A stretch of 64,000 bases of DNA from Eledone cirrhosa (taxonomy: Eukaryota), in NCBI GenBank assembly GCA_964016885.1, contig OZ024759.1, positions 8,556,001 through 8,620,000 on the forward strand, given 5' to 3'. The notes beneath the pieces were generated by a model. That model made no database searches. It saw only the letters and a list, made by a program, of their open reading frames with translations, and was not told where the DNA came from. Shown one piece after another: positions 11,322-24,200 of this stretch (positions within the stretch are counted from its first letter, which is position 1; every line of letters starts with the position of its first letter). Both the position numbers and the translations under genes were made by a program.

Positions 11322-11419
11322 TGTGTGAACTGTCGCAGAATTCTCACCAATCGATGGCATTGTAGTGATTGTCAGGAGCAGGGTTTATCAATTGATTTGT
11401 GCCAAGTTTGTATTGAAAC
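11322..11419 (+). CDS. ZZZ3: ZZZ3 exon, ZZ-type zinc finger (three CxxC)
   Basis: TTACAG acceptor and GTAAGT donor; 98 nt, ends phase 2. Translates CVNCRRILTNRWHCSDCQEQGLSIDLCQVCIE(T). Confidence 0.9.
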
Positions 11420-11499
11420 GTAAGTTTATCAGCTTCTATCACATTGGTCAGCGATCAGTCTATAACCTGTCCAGTGGAGTTTGTTGATTTCATTCATAT

Positions 11500-11845
11500 G
11501 GAGGCACATGGCTTAGTGGTTAGAGCATTGGCCTTGCAATCGAAAGGTTGTGAGTTCAATTCTCAGACCGGGTGATGTGTTGTTTCCTTGAGCAAGACAC
11601 TTTATTTCACATTGCTCCAGTTTACTCAGCTGTAGAAATGAGATGATAGGGGCTGGGGTCCCTATCATTCCACTGCAAAGTGGTCGTGGAGGTGCCACGG
11701 CAAAAAAGCACCCAGCACTCACTGTAAATGAGGTTGGTGTTAGGAAGGGCATCCAGCTGTAGAAATGAAGCCAGAACCAGTTCCCGTCCCACCCTTGCAA
11801 GTAGGGAAAAGCGGACGTAAAAATGAAATGATGATGATGATGATT
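11500..11845 (+). mobile_element. CORE-type SINE family A copy
   Basis: Near-identical to 537-877, with (TGA)n tail. Confidence 0.85.
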
Positions 11846-11959
11846 CTCTGTAGTGTTGACTACTATATTACAGCGGACACCATAGCTATAACAGAAACCA
11901 TGTTACCACTGTAGCCTGATCAGATCTGTTAACTCTGTACCAGTAATTAGAGTCTGTCT

Positions 11960-12210
11960 TGAGTCCAGAGGCTCATTAGGCCAGTGTTTATCCTGGTTTC
12001 GAAGGCGTTAAAAGACTGGGAGTACAAGACTCCACCCTGAACAGGGTGCTAGTCCATCAGAGGGGTAACTCCCAGCTATTGCTTTTCAACTGAGTATACT
12101 GGAGCAATGTGACATGAAGTGTTTACCACAACACAACACACATCGCAAGCCAGGAATTAAACCCACAACATTATGATTCTAAGCCTAACAGCCTTACCAC
12201 TAAACCAGCT
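11960..12210 (-). mobile_element. Older CORE-type SINE with a different tail
   Basis: Reverse complement of the CORE segment (CTGAGTATACTGGAGCAATGTG..ATGAAGTGT) and of a tRNA-like head. Confidence 0.6.
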
Positions 12211-12279
12211 CAACTACTAGGGTGGGTTTGGTTAATGATGTGCATGAGAGAGTCTTTTGGATGTAGTTCTGATGGTGCT

Positions 12280-15200
12280 TTATAAGGTGTGGTAGTTTAT
12301 AAGGTGTGTGGTAGTTTATAAGGTGTGGTAGTTTATAAGGTGTGTGGTAGTTTATAAGGTGTGGTAGTTTATAAGGTGTGTGGTAGTTTATAAAGTGTGG
12401 TAGTTTATAAGGTGTGGTAGTTTATAAAGTGTGGTAGTTTATAAGGTGTGGTAGTTTATAAGGTGTGTGGTAGTTTATAAAGTATATGGTAGTTTATAAG
12501 GTGTGTGGTAGTTTATAAGGTGTGCAGTGCTTTATAAGGTGTGTGGTGCTTTATAAGGTGTGGGGTAGTTTATAAGGTGTGGTAGTTTATAAGGTGGTAG
12601 TTTATAAGGTGTGTGGTAGTTTATAAGGTGTGGTAGTTTATAAGGTGTGTGGTAGTTTATAAGGTGTGGTAGTTTATAAAGTGTGGTAGTTTATAAAGTG
12701 TGGTAGTTTATAAGGTGTGGTAGTTTATAAGGTGTGTGGTAGTTTATAAGGTGTGGTAGTTTATAAAGTGTGTGGTAGTTTATAAGGTGTGTGGTAGTTT
12801 ATAAGGTGTGGTAGTTTATAAGGTGTGGTAGTTTATAAAGTGTGGTAGTTTATAAAGTGTGGTAGTTTATAAGGTATGTGTTAGTTTATAAAGTGTGGTA
12901 GTTTATAAGGTATATGTTAGTTTATAAAGTGTGGTAGTTTATAAGGTATATGTTAGTTTATAAAGTGTGGTAGTTTATAAGGTATATGTTAGTTTATAAA
13001 GTGTGGTAGTTTATAAAGTGTGGTAGTTTATAAAGTGTGGTAGTTTATAAGGTGTGTGGTAGTTTATAAGGTGTGGTAGTTTATAAGGTGTGGTAGTTTA
13101 TAAGGTGTGTGGTAGTTTATAAGGTGTGTGGTAGTTTATAAGGTGTGTGGTAGTTTATAAGGTGTGGTAGTTTATAAGGTGTGGTAGTTTATAAAGTGTG
13201 GTAGTTTATAAAGTGTGGTAGTTTATAAGGTGTGTGGTAGTATATAAGGTGTATGGTAGTTTATAAGGTGTGTGGTAGTTTATAAGGTGTGTGGTAGTTT
13301 ATAAGGTGTGGTAGTTTATAAGGTGTGGTAGTTTATAAGGTATGTGGTAGTTTATAAGGTGTGTGGTAGTATATAAGGTGTATGGTAGTTTATAAGGTGT
13401 GTGGTAGTTTATAAGGTGTGTGGTAGTTTATAAGGTGTGTGGTAGTTTATAAGGTGTGGTAGTTTATAAGGTGTGTGGTAGTTTATAAGGTGTGTGGTAG
13501 TTTATAAGGTATGTGGTAGTTTATAAGGTGTGGGGTAGTTTATAAGGTGTGTGGTAGTTTATAAGGTATGTGGTAGTTTATAAGGTGTGGGGTAGTTTAT
13601 AAGGTGTGGTAGTTTATAAGGTGTGTGGTAGTTTATAAGGTGTGTGGTAGTTTATAAGGTGTGGTAGTTTATAAGGTGTATGGTAGTTTATAAGGTGTGG
13701 TAGTTTATAAGGTGTGTGGTAGTTTATAAGGTGTGTGGTAGTTTATAAGGTGTGTGGTAGTTTATAAGGTGTGTGGTAGTTTATAAGGTGTGGTAGTTTA
13801 TAAGGTGTGGGGTAGTTTATAAGGTGTGTGGTAGTTTATAAGGTGTGGTAGTTTATAAGGTGTGTGGTAGTTTATAAGGTGTGGTAGTTTATAAGGTGTG
13901 TGGTAGTTTATAAGGTGTGTGGTAGTTTATAAGGTGTGGTAGTTTATAAGGTGTGTGGTAGTTTATAAGGTGTGTGGTAGTTTATAAGGTGTGGTAGTTT
14001 ATAAGGGGTGTGGTAGTTTATAAGGTGTGTGGTAGTTTATAAGGTGTGGTAGTTTATAAGGTGTGTGGTAGTTTATAAGGGGTGGTAGTTTATAAGGTGT
14101 GTGGTAGTTTATAAGGTGTGTGGTAGTTTATAAGGTGTGTGGTAGTTTATAAGGTGTGTGGTAGTTTATAAGGTGTGTGGTAGTTTATAAGGTGTGTGGT
14201 AGTTTATAAGGTGTGGTAGTTTATAAGGTGTGTGGTAGTTTATAAGGTGTGTGGTAGTTTATAAGGTGTGGTAGTTTATAAGGTGTGTGGTAGTTTATAA
14301 GGTGTGTGGTAGTTTATAAGGTGTGTGGTAGTTTATAAGGTGTGGTAGTTTATAAGGTGTGTGGTAGTTTATAAGGTGTGGTAGTTATAAGGTGTGTGGT
14401 AGTTTATAAGGTGTGTGGTAGTTTATAAGGTGTGGTAGTTTATAAGGTGTGTGGTAGTTTATAAGGTGTGTGGTAGTTTATAAGGTGTGTGGTAGTTTAT
14501 AAGGTGTGTGGTAGTTTATAAGGTGTGTGGTAGTTTATAAGGTGTGGTAGTTTATAGGTGTGTAGTTAGGTGTGTGTAGTTTATAAGGTGTGTGGTAGTT
14601 TATAAGGTGTGGTAGTTTATAAGGTGTGTGGTAGTTTATAAGGTGTGGTAGTTTATAAGGTGTGGTAGTTTATAAGGTGTGTGGTAGTTTATAAGGTGTG
14701 GTAGTTTATAGGTGTGTGGTAGTTTATAAGGTGTGGTAGTTTAAGGTGTGGTAGTTTATAAGGTGTGTGGTAGTTTTTAGGTGTGTGGTAGTTTATAAGG
14801 TGTGGTAGTTTATAAGGTGTGGTAGTTTATAAGGTGTGTGGTAGTTTATAAGGTGTGTGGTAGTTTATAAGGTGTGTGGTAGTTTATAAGGTGTGTGGTA
14901 GTTTATAAGGTGGTGGTAGTGTAGTTTATAAGGTGTGTGGTAGTTTATAAGGTTGGTAGTGGTAGTTTATAAGGTGTGTGGTAGTTTATAAGGTGTGTGG
15001 TAGTTTATAAGGTGTGTGGTAGTTTATAGGTGTGTGGTAGTTTATAAGGGTGTGGTAGTTATAAGGTGTGTGGTAGTTTATAAGGTGTGTGGTAGTTTAT
15101 AAGGTGTGGTAGTTTATAGGTGTGTGGTAGTTTATAAGGTGTGTGGTAGTTTATAAGGTGTGTGGTAGTTTATAAGGTGTGTGGTAGTTTATAAGGTGTG

Positions 15201-18200
15201 TGGTAGTTTATAAGGGTGTGGTAGTTTAAGGTGTGGTAGTTTATAAGGTGTGTGGTAGTTTATAAGGTGTGTGGTAGTTTATAAGGTGTGTGGTAGTTTA
15301 TAGGTGTGTGGTAGTTTATAAGGTGTGTGGTAGTTTATAAGGTGTGTGGTAGTTTATAAGGTGTGGTAGTTATAAGGTGTTGGTAGTTAAGGGTGTGGTA
15401 GTTTATAAGGTGTGTGGTAGTTTATAAGGTGTGTGGTAGTTATAAGGTGTGTGGTAGTTTATAAGGTGTGGGTAGTTTATAAGGTGTGTGGTAGTTTATA
15501 AGGTGTGTGGTAGTTTATAAGGTGTGTGGTAGTTTATAAGGTGTGTGGTAGTTTATAAGGTGTGGTAGTTTATAAGGTGTTGTGGTAGTTTATAGGTGTG
15601 GTAGTTTATAAGGTGGTGGTAGTTTATAAGGTGTGTGGTAGTTTATAAGGTGTGTGGTAGTTTATAAGGGTGTGGTAGTTTATAAGGTGTGTAGTTTATA
15701 GGTGTGGTAGTTTATAAGGTGTGTGGTAGTTTATAAGGTGTGGTAGTTTATAAGGTGTGTGGTAGTTTATAAGGTGTGTGGTAGTTTATAAGGTGTGGTA
15801 GTTTATAAGGTGTGTGGTAGTTTATAAGGTGTGTGGTAGTTTATAAGGTGTGTGGTAGTTATAGGTGTGTGGTAGTTTATAAGGGTGGTAGTTTTAGGGT
15901 GTGGTAGTTTATAAGGGTGTGGTAGTTTATAAGGTGTGTGGTAGTTTATAAGGTGTGGTAGTTTATAAGGTGTGTGGTAGTTTATAAGGTGTGGTAGTTT
16001 ATAAGGGTGGTAGTTTATAAGGTGTGTGGTAGTTTATAAGGTGTGTGGTAGTTATAAGGTGTGTGGTAGTTTATAAGTGTGGTAGTTTTTAAGTGTGTGG
16101 TAGTTTATAAGGTGTGTGGTAGTTTATAAGGTGTGTGGTAGTTTTATAAGGGTGTGGTAGTTTATAAGTGTGGTAGTTTATAAGGTGTGTGGTAGTTTAT
16201 AAGGTGTGTGGTAGTTTATAAGGGGTGTAGTTTATAGGTGTGGTAGTTTATAAGGTGTGTGGTAGTTTATAAGGTTGTAGGTGTAGTTTATAAGGTGTGT
16301 GGTAGTTTATAAGGTGTGGGTAGTTTATAAGGTGTGTGGTAGTTTATAAGGTGTGTGGTAGTATATAAGGTGTGGTAGTTTATAAGGTGTATGGTAGTTT
16401 ATAAGGTGTGTGGTAGTTTATAAGGTGTGTGGTAGTTATAAGGTGTGTTGGTAGTTAGTGTGGTAGGTTGTATAGGTGTGTGGGTAGTTTATAAGGTGTG
16501 TGTAGTTTATAAGGTGTGTGGTAGTTTATAAGGTGTGTGGTAGTTTATAAGGTGTGTGGTAGTTTATAAGGTGATGTGGTAGTTTATAAGGTGTGTGGTA
16601 GTTTATAAGGGTGTGGTAGTTTATAAGGTGTGTGGTAGTTTATAAGGTGTGTGGTAGTTTATAAGGTGTTTGTGGTAGTTTATAAGGGTGTGTGGTAGTT
16701 TATAAGGTGTGTGGTAGTTTATAAGTGTGTGTAGTTTAAGGTGTGTGGTAGTTTATAGGTGTGTGGTAGTTTATAAGGTGTGTGGTAGTTTATAAGGTGT
16801 GGTAGTTTATAAGGTGTGTGGTAGTTTATAAGGTGATGGTAGTTTATAAGGTGTGTGGTAGTTTATAGAGGTGTGTGGTAGTTTATAAGGTGGTGAGTTA
16901 GGGTGGTAGTTATAAGGTGTGTGGTAGTATATAAGGTGTGTGGTAGTTTATAAGGTGTGTGGTAGTTTATANNNNNNNNNNNNNNNNNNNNNNNNNNNNN
17001 NNNNNNNNNNNNNNNNNNNNNNNNNNNNNNNNNNNNNNNNNNNNNNNNNNNNNNNNNNNNNNNNNNNNNNNNNNNNNNNNNNNNNNNNNNNNNNNNNNNN
17101 NNNNNNNNNNNNNNNNNNNNNNNNNNNNNNNNNNNNNNNNNNNNNNNNNNNNNNNNNNNNNNNNNNNNNNNAAGGTGTGGTAGTTTATAAGGTGTGTGGT
17201 AGTTTATAAGGTGTGTGGTAGTTTATAAGGTCTGTGGTAGTTTATAAGGTGTGGTAGTTTATAAGGTGTGTGGTAGTTTATAAGGTGTGTGGTAGTTTAT
17301 AAGGTGTGTGGTAGTTTATAAGGTGTGTGGTAGTTTATAAGGTGTGGTAGTTTATAAGGTGTGTGGTAGTTTATAAGGTGTGTGGTAGTTTATAAGGTGT
17401 GTGGTAGTTTATAAGGTTTGTGGTAGTTTATAAGGTGTGGTAGTTTATAAGGTGTGTGGTAGTTTATAAGGTGTGTGGTAGTTTATAAGGTTTGTGGTAG
17501 TTTATAAGGTTTGTGGTAGTTTATAAGGTGTGGTAGTTTATAAGGTGTGTGGTAGTTTATAAGGTGTGTGGTAGTTTATAAGGTGTGTGGTAGTTATAAG
17601 GTGTGGTAGTTTATAAGGTGTGTGGTAGTTTATAAGGTTTGTGGTAGTTTATAAGGTGTGTGGTAGTTTATAAGGTGTGTGGTAGTTTATAAGGTTTGTG
17701 GTAGTTTATAAGGGTGTGGTAGTTTATAAGGTGTGTGGTAGTTTATAAGGTTTGTGGTAGTTTATAAGGTGTGTGGTAGTTTATAAGGTGTGTGGTAGTT
17801 TATAAGGTGTGGTAGTTTATAAGGTGTGTGGTAGTTTATAAGGTGTGTGGTAGTTTATAAGGTGTGTGGTAGTTTATAAGGTGTGGGTAGTTTATAAGGT
17901 GTGTGGTAGTTTATAAGGTGTGTGGTAGTTTATAAGGTGTGTGGTAGTTTATAAGGTTTGTGGTAGTTTATAAGGTGTGGTAGTTTATAAGGTGTGTGGT
18001 AGTTTATAAGGTTTGTGGTAGTTTATAAGGTTGTGGTAGTTTATAAGGTGTGGTAGTTTATAAGGTCTGTGGTAGTTTATAAGGTGTGTGGTAGTTTATA
18101 AGGTGTGTGGTAGTTTATAAGGTGTGTGGTAGTTTATAAGGTGTGTGGTAGTTTATAAGGTGTGTGGTAGTTTATAAGGTTTGTGGTAGTTTATAAGGTG

Positions 18201-21200
18201 TGGTAGTTTATAAGGTGTGTGGTAGTTTATAAGGTGTGTGGTAGTTTATAAGGTGTATGGTAGTTTATAAGGTGTGTGGTAGTTTATAAGGTGTATGGTA
18301 GTTTATAAGGTGTGTGGTAGTTTATAAGGTGTGTGGTAGTTTATAAGGTTTGTGGTAGTTTATAAGGTGTGGTAGTTTATAAGGTGTGTGGTAGTTTATA
18401 AGGTGTGTGGTAGTTTATAAGGTTTGTGGTAGTTTATAAGGTTTGTGGTAGTTTATAAGGTGTGGTAGTTTATAAGGTGTGTGGTAGTTTATAAGGTTTG
18501 TGGTAGTTTATAAGGTGTGGTAGTTTATAAGGTGTGTGGTAGTTTATAAGGTGTGGTAGTTTATAAGGTGTGTGGTAGTTTATAAGGTGTGTGGTAGTTT
18601 ATAAGGTGTGTGGTAGTTTATAAGGTGTGTGGTAGTTTATAAGGTGTGGTAGTTTATAAGGTTTGTGGTAGTTTATAAGGTGTGTGGTAGTTTATAAGGT
18701 GTGTGGTAGTTTATAAGGTGTGTGGTAGTTTATAAGGTATGTGGTAGTTTATAAGGTGTGTGGTAGTTTATAAGGTGTGTGGTAGTTTATAAGGTGTGTG
18801 GTAGTTTATAAGGTGTGTGGTAGTTTATAAGGTGTGTGGTAGTTTATAAGGTGTGGTAGTTTATAAGGTGTGGTAGTTTATAAGGTGTGTGGTAGTTTAT
18901 AAGGTGTGTGGTAGTTTATAAGGTGTGTGGTAGTTTATAAGGTGTGTGGTAGTTTATAAGGTGTGTGGTAGTTTATAAGGTGTGTGGTAGTTTATAAGGT
19001 GTGTGGTAGTTTATAAGGTGTGTGGTAGTTTATAAGGTGTGTGGTAGTTTATAAGGTGTGTGGTAGTTTATAAGGTGTGTGGTAGTTTATAAGGTGTGGT
19101 AGTTTATAAGGTGTGGTAGTTTATAAGGTGTGTGGTAGTTTATAAGGTGTGTGGTAGTTTATAAGGTGTGGTAGTTTATAAGGTGTGGTAGTTTATAAGG
19201 TGTGTGGTAGTTTATAAGGTGTGTGGTAGTTTATAAGGTGTGTGGTAGTTTATAAGGTGTGTGGTAGTTTATAAGGTGTGGTAGTTTATAAGGTGTGTGG
19301 TAGTTTATAAGGTGTGTGGTAGTTTATAAGGTGTGTGGTAGTTTATAAGGTGTGTGGTAGTTTATAAGGTGTGTGGTAGTTTATAAGGTGTGTGGTAGTT
19401 TATAAGGTGTGGTAGTTTATAAGGTGTGGTAGTTTATAAGGTGTGTGGTAGTTTATAAGGTGTGTGGTAGTTTATAAGGTGTGTGGTAGTTTATAAGGTG
19501 TGGTAGTTTATAAGGTGTGTGGTAGTTTATAAGGTGTGTGGTAGTTTATAAGGTGTGTGGTAGTTTATAAGGTGTGTGGTAGTTTATAAGGTGTGGTAGT
19601 TTATAAGGTGTGTGGTAGTTTATAAGGTGTGTGGTAGTTTATAAGGTGTGTGGTAGTTTATAAGGTGTGTGGTAGTTTATAAGGTGTGGTAGTTTATAAG
19701 GTGTGGTAGTTTATAAGGTGTGTGGTAGTTTATAAGGTGTGTGGTAGTTTATAAGGTGTGTGGTAGTTTATAAGGTGTGGTAGTTTATAAGGTGTGTGGT
19801 AGTTTATAAGGTGTGTGGTAGTTTATAAGGTGTGTGGTAGTTTATAAGGTGTGTGGTAGTTTATAAGGTGTGTGGTAGTTTATAAGGTGTGTGGTAGTTT
19901 ATAAGGTGTGGTAGTTTATAAGGTGTGGTAGTTTATAAGGTGTGTGGTAGTTTATAAGGTGTGTGGTAGTTTATAAGGTGTGTGGTAGTTTATAAGGTGT
20001 GTGGTAGTTTATAAGGTGTGTGGTAGTTTATAAGGTGTGTGGTAGTTTATAAGGTGTGTGGTAGTTTATAAGGTGTGTGGTAGTTTATAAGGTGTGGTAG
20101 TTTATAAGGTGTGTGGTAGTTTATAAGGTGTGTGGTAGTTTATAAGGTGTGTGGTAGTTTATAAGGTGTGTGGTAGTTTATAAGGTGTGTGGTAGTTTAT
20201 AAGGTGTGTGGTAGTTTATAAGGTGTGTGGTAGTTTATAAGGTGTGGTAGTTTATAAGGTGTGTGGTAGTTTATAAGGTGTGTGGTAGTTTATAAGGTGT
20301 GTGGTAGTTTATAAGGTGTGTGGTAGTTTATAAGGTGTGTGGTAGTTTATAAGGTGTGTGGTAGTTTATAAGGTGTGTGGTAGTTTATAAGGTGTGTGGT
20401 AGTTTATAAGGTGTGGTAGTTTATAAGGTGTGTGGTAGTTTATAAGGTGTGTGGTAGTTTATAAGGTGTGTGGTAGTTTATAAGGTGTGTGGTAGTTTAT
20501 AAGGTGTGTGGTAGTTTATAAGGTGTGTGGTAGTTTATAAGGTGTGGTAGTTTATAAGGTGTGGTAGTTTATAAGGTGTGTGGTAGTTTATAAGGTGTGT
20601 GGTAGTTTATAAGGTGTGGTAGTTTATAAGGTGTGGTAGTTTATAAGGTGTGTGGTAGTTTATAAGGTGTGTGGTAGTTTATAAGGTGTGTGGTAGTTTA
20701 TAAGGTGTGTGGTAGTTTATAAGGTGTGGTAGTTTATAAGGTGTGTGGTAGTTTATAAGGTGTGTGGTAGTTTATAAGGTGTGTGGTAGTTTATAAGGTG
20801 TGTGGTAGTTTATAAGGTGTGTGGTAGTTTATAAGGTGTGGTAGTTTATAAGGTGTGGTAGTTTATAAGGTGTGTGGTAGTTTATAAGGTGTGGGTAGTT
20901 TATAAGGTGTGGTAGTTTATAAGGTGTGGTAGTTTATAAGGTGTGGTAGTTTATAAGGTGTGTGGTAGTTTATAAGGTGTGGTAGTTTATAAGGTGTGTG
21001 GTAGTTTATAAGGTGTGTGGTAGTTTATAAGGTGTGGTAGTTTATAAGGTGTGGTAGTTTATAAGGTGTGTGGTAGTTTATAAGGTGTGTGGTAGTTTAT
21101 AAGGTGTGTGGTAGTTTATAAGGTGTGGTAGTTTATAAGGTGTGTGGTAGTTTATAAGGTGTGTGGTAGTTTATAAGGTGTGGTAGTTTATAAGGTGTGT

Positions 21201-24200
21201 GGTAGTTTATAAGGTGTGTGGTAGTTTATAAGGTGTGGTAGTTTATAAGGTGTGTGGTAGTTTATAAGGTGTGTGGTAGTTTATAAGGTGTGTGGTAGTT
21301 TATAAGGTGTATGGTAGTTTATAAGGTGTGTGGTAGTTTATAAGGTGTGGTAGTTTATAAGGTGTGTGGTAGTTTATAAGGTGTGTGGTAGTTTATAAGG
21401 TGTGGTAGTTTATAAGGTGTGTGGTAGTTTATAAGGTGTGTGGTAGTTTATAAGGTGTGTGGTAGTTTATAAGGTGTATGGTAGTTTATAAGGTGTGTGG
21501 TAGTTTATAAGGTGTGTGGTAGTTTATAAGGTGTGTGGTAGTTTATAAGGTGTGGTAGTTTATAAGGTATGTGGTAGTTTATAAGGTGTGTGGTAGTTTA
21601 TAAGGTGTGTGGTAGTTTATAAGGTGTGGTAGTTTATAAGGTGTGTGGTAGTTTATAAGGTGTGTGGTAGTTTATAAGGTGTGTGGTAGTTTATAAGGTG
21701 TGTGGTAGTTTATAAGGTGTGGTAGTTTATAAGGTGTGTGGTAGTTTATAAGGTGTGTGGTAGTTTATAAGGTGTGTGGTAGTTTATAAGGTGTGGTAGT
21801 TTATAAGGTGTGTGGTAGTTTATAAGGTGTGTGGTAGTTTATAAGGTGTGGTAGTTTATAAGGTGTGTGGTAGTTTATAAGGTGTATGGTAGTTTATAAG
21901 GTGTGGTAGTTTATAAGGTGTGTGGTAGTTTATAAGGTGTGTGGTAGTTTATAAGGTGTATGGTAGTTTATAAGGTGTGTGGTAGTTTATAAGGTGTGTG
22001 GTAGTTTATAAGGTGTGGTAGTTTATAAGTGTGTGGTAGTTTATAAGGTGTATGGTAGTTTATAAGGTGTGGGGTAGTTTATAAGGTGTGGGGTAGTTTA
22101 TAAGGTGTGTGGTAGTTTATAAGGTGTGTGGTAGTTTATAAGGTGTATGGTAGTTTATAAGGTGTGGTAGTTTATAAGGTGTGTGGTAGTTTATAAGGTG
22201 TATGGTAGTTTATAAGGTGTGGTAGTTTATAAGGTGTGTGGTAGTTTATAAGGTGTGTGGTAGTTTATAAGGTGTATGGTAGTTTATAAGGTGTGTGGTA
22301 GTTTATAAGGTGTGTGGTAGTTTATAAGGTGTGTGGTAGTTTATAAGGTGTGTGGTAGTTTATAAGGTGTATGGTAGTTTATAAGGTGTGGTAGTTTATA
22401 AGGTGTGTGGTAGTTTATAAGGTGTATGGTAGTTTATAAGGTGTGGTAGTTTATAAGGTGTGTGGTAGTTTATAAGGTGTGGTAGTTTATAAGGTGTGTG
22501 GTAGTTTATAAGGTTTGTGGTAGTTTATAAGGTCTGTGGTAGTTTATAAGGTGTGTGGTAGTTTATAAGGTGTGGTAGTTTATAAGGTGTGTGGTAGTTT
22601 ATAAGGTGTGTGGTAGTTTATAAGGTGTGGTAGTTTATAAGGTGTGTGGTAGTTTATAAGGTGTGGTAGTTTATAAGGTCTGTGGTAGTTTATAAGGTGT
22701 GTGGTAGTTTATAAGGTCTGTGGTAGTTTATAAGGTGTGGTAGTTTATAAGGTGTGTGGTAGTTTATAAGGTATATGGTAGTTTATAAGGTGTGTGGTAG
22801 TTTATAAGGTGTGTGGTAGTTTATAAGGTGTGTGGTAGTTTATAAGGTGTGTGGTAGTTTATAAGGTGTGTGGTAGTTTATAAGGTGTATGGTAGTTTAT
22901 AAGGTGTGGTAGTTTATAAGGTGTGTGGTAGTTTATAAGGTGTGGTAGTTTATAAGGTGTGTGGTAGTTTATAAGGTGTGTGGTAGTTTATAAGGTATAG
23001 TGGTAGTTTATAAGGTGTGTGGTAGTTTATAAGGTGTGTGGTAGTTTATAAGGTGTGTGGTAGTTTATAAGGTGTGTGGTAGTTTATAAGGTGTATGGTA
23101 GTTTTAAGGTGTGGTAGTTTATAAGGTGTGTGGTAGTTTATAAGGTTTGTGGTAGTTTATAAGGTATGTGGTAGTTTATAAGGTGTGTGGTAGTTTATAA
23201 GGTGTGGTAGTTTATAAGGTGTGTGGTAGTTTATAAGGTGTGTGGTAGTTTATAAGGTGTGGTAGTTTATAAGTGTGTGGTAGTTTATAAGGTGTGTGGT
23301 AGTTTATAAGGTGTGTGGTAGTTTATAAGGTGTGTGGTAGTTTATAAGGTGTGTGGTAGTTTATAAGGTGTGTGGTAGTTTATAAGGTGTGTGGTAGTTT
23401 ATAAGGTGTGTGGTAGTTTATAAGGTGTGGTAGTTTATAAGGTGTGTGGTAGTTTATAAGGTGTGGTAGTTTATAAGGTGTGGTAGTTTATAAGGTCTGT
23501 GGTAGTTTATAAGGTGTGTGGTAGTTTATAAGGTCTGTGGTAGTTTATAAGGTGTATGGGTAGTTAAAGGTGTGTGGTAGTTTATAAGGTGTGTGGTAGT
23601 TTATAAGGTGTGTGGTAGTTTATAAGGTGTGTGGTAGTTTATAAGGTGTGTGGTAGTTTATAAGGTGTGTGGTAGTTTATAAGGTGTGTGGTAGTTTATA
23701 AGGTGTATGGTAGTTTATAAGGTGTATGGTAGTTTATAAGGTGTGTGGTAGTTTATAAGGTGTGGTAGTTAAGGTGTGGTAGTTAAGGTGTGTGGTTAGG
23801 TGTTATAAGGTGTGTGGTAGTTTATAAGGTGTGGTAGTTTATAAGGTGTGTGGTAGTTTATAAGGTGTGTGGTAGTTTATAAGGTGTATGGTAGTTTATA
23901 AGGTGTGTGGTAGTTTATAAGGTGTGTGGTAGTTTATAAGGTGTGTGGTAGTTTATAAGGTGTGTGGTAGTTTATAAGGTGTGTGGTAGTTTATAAGGTG
24001 TGGTAGTTTATAAGGTGGTAGTTTAAGGTGTGGTAGTTTATAAGGTGTGTGGTAGTTTATAAGGTGTGGTAGTTTATAAGGTGTGTGGTAGTTTATAAGG
24101 TGTGTGGTAGTTTATAAGTGTGTGTAGTTAAGGTGTGGTAGTTATAAGGTGTGTGGTAGTTTATAAGGTGTGTGGTAGTTTATAAGGTGTGTGGTAGTTT

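Noticed and set aside
14380-16971. Zone of highly degenerate satellite units (also ~23550-24400)
   Set aside because: Mostly single-base deletions next to a gap; most likely low-coverage long-read errors.
16940-17209. ORFs spanning poly-X
   Set aside because: Artefacts of the N gap.
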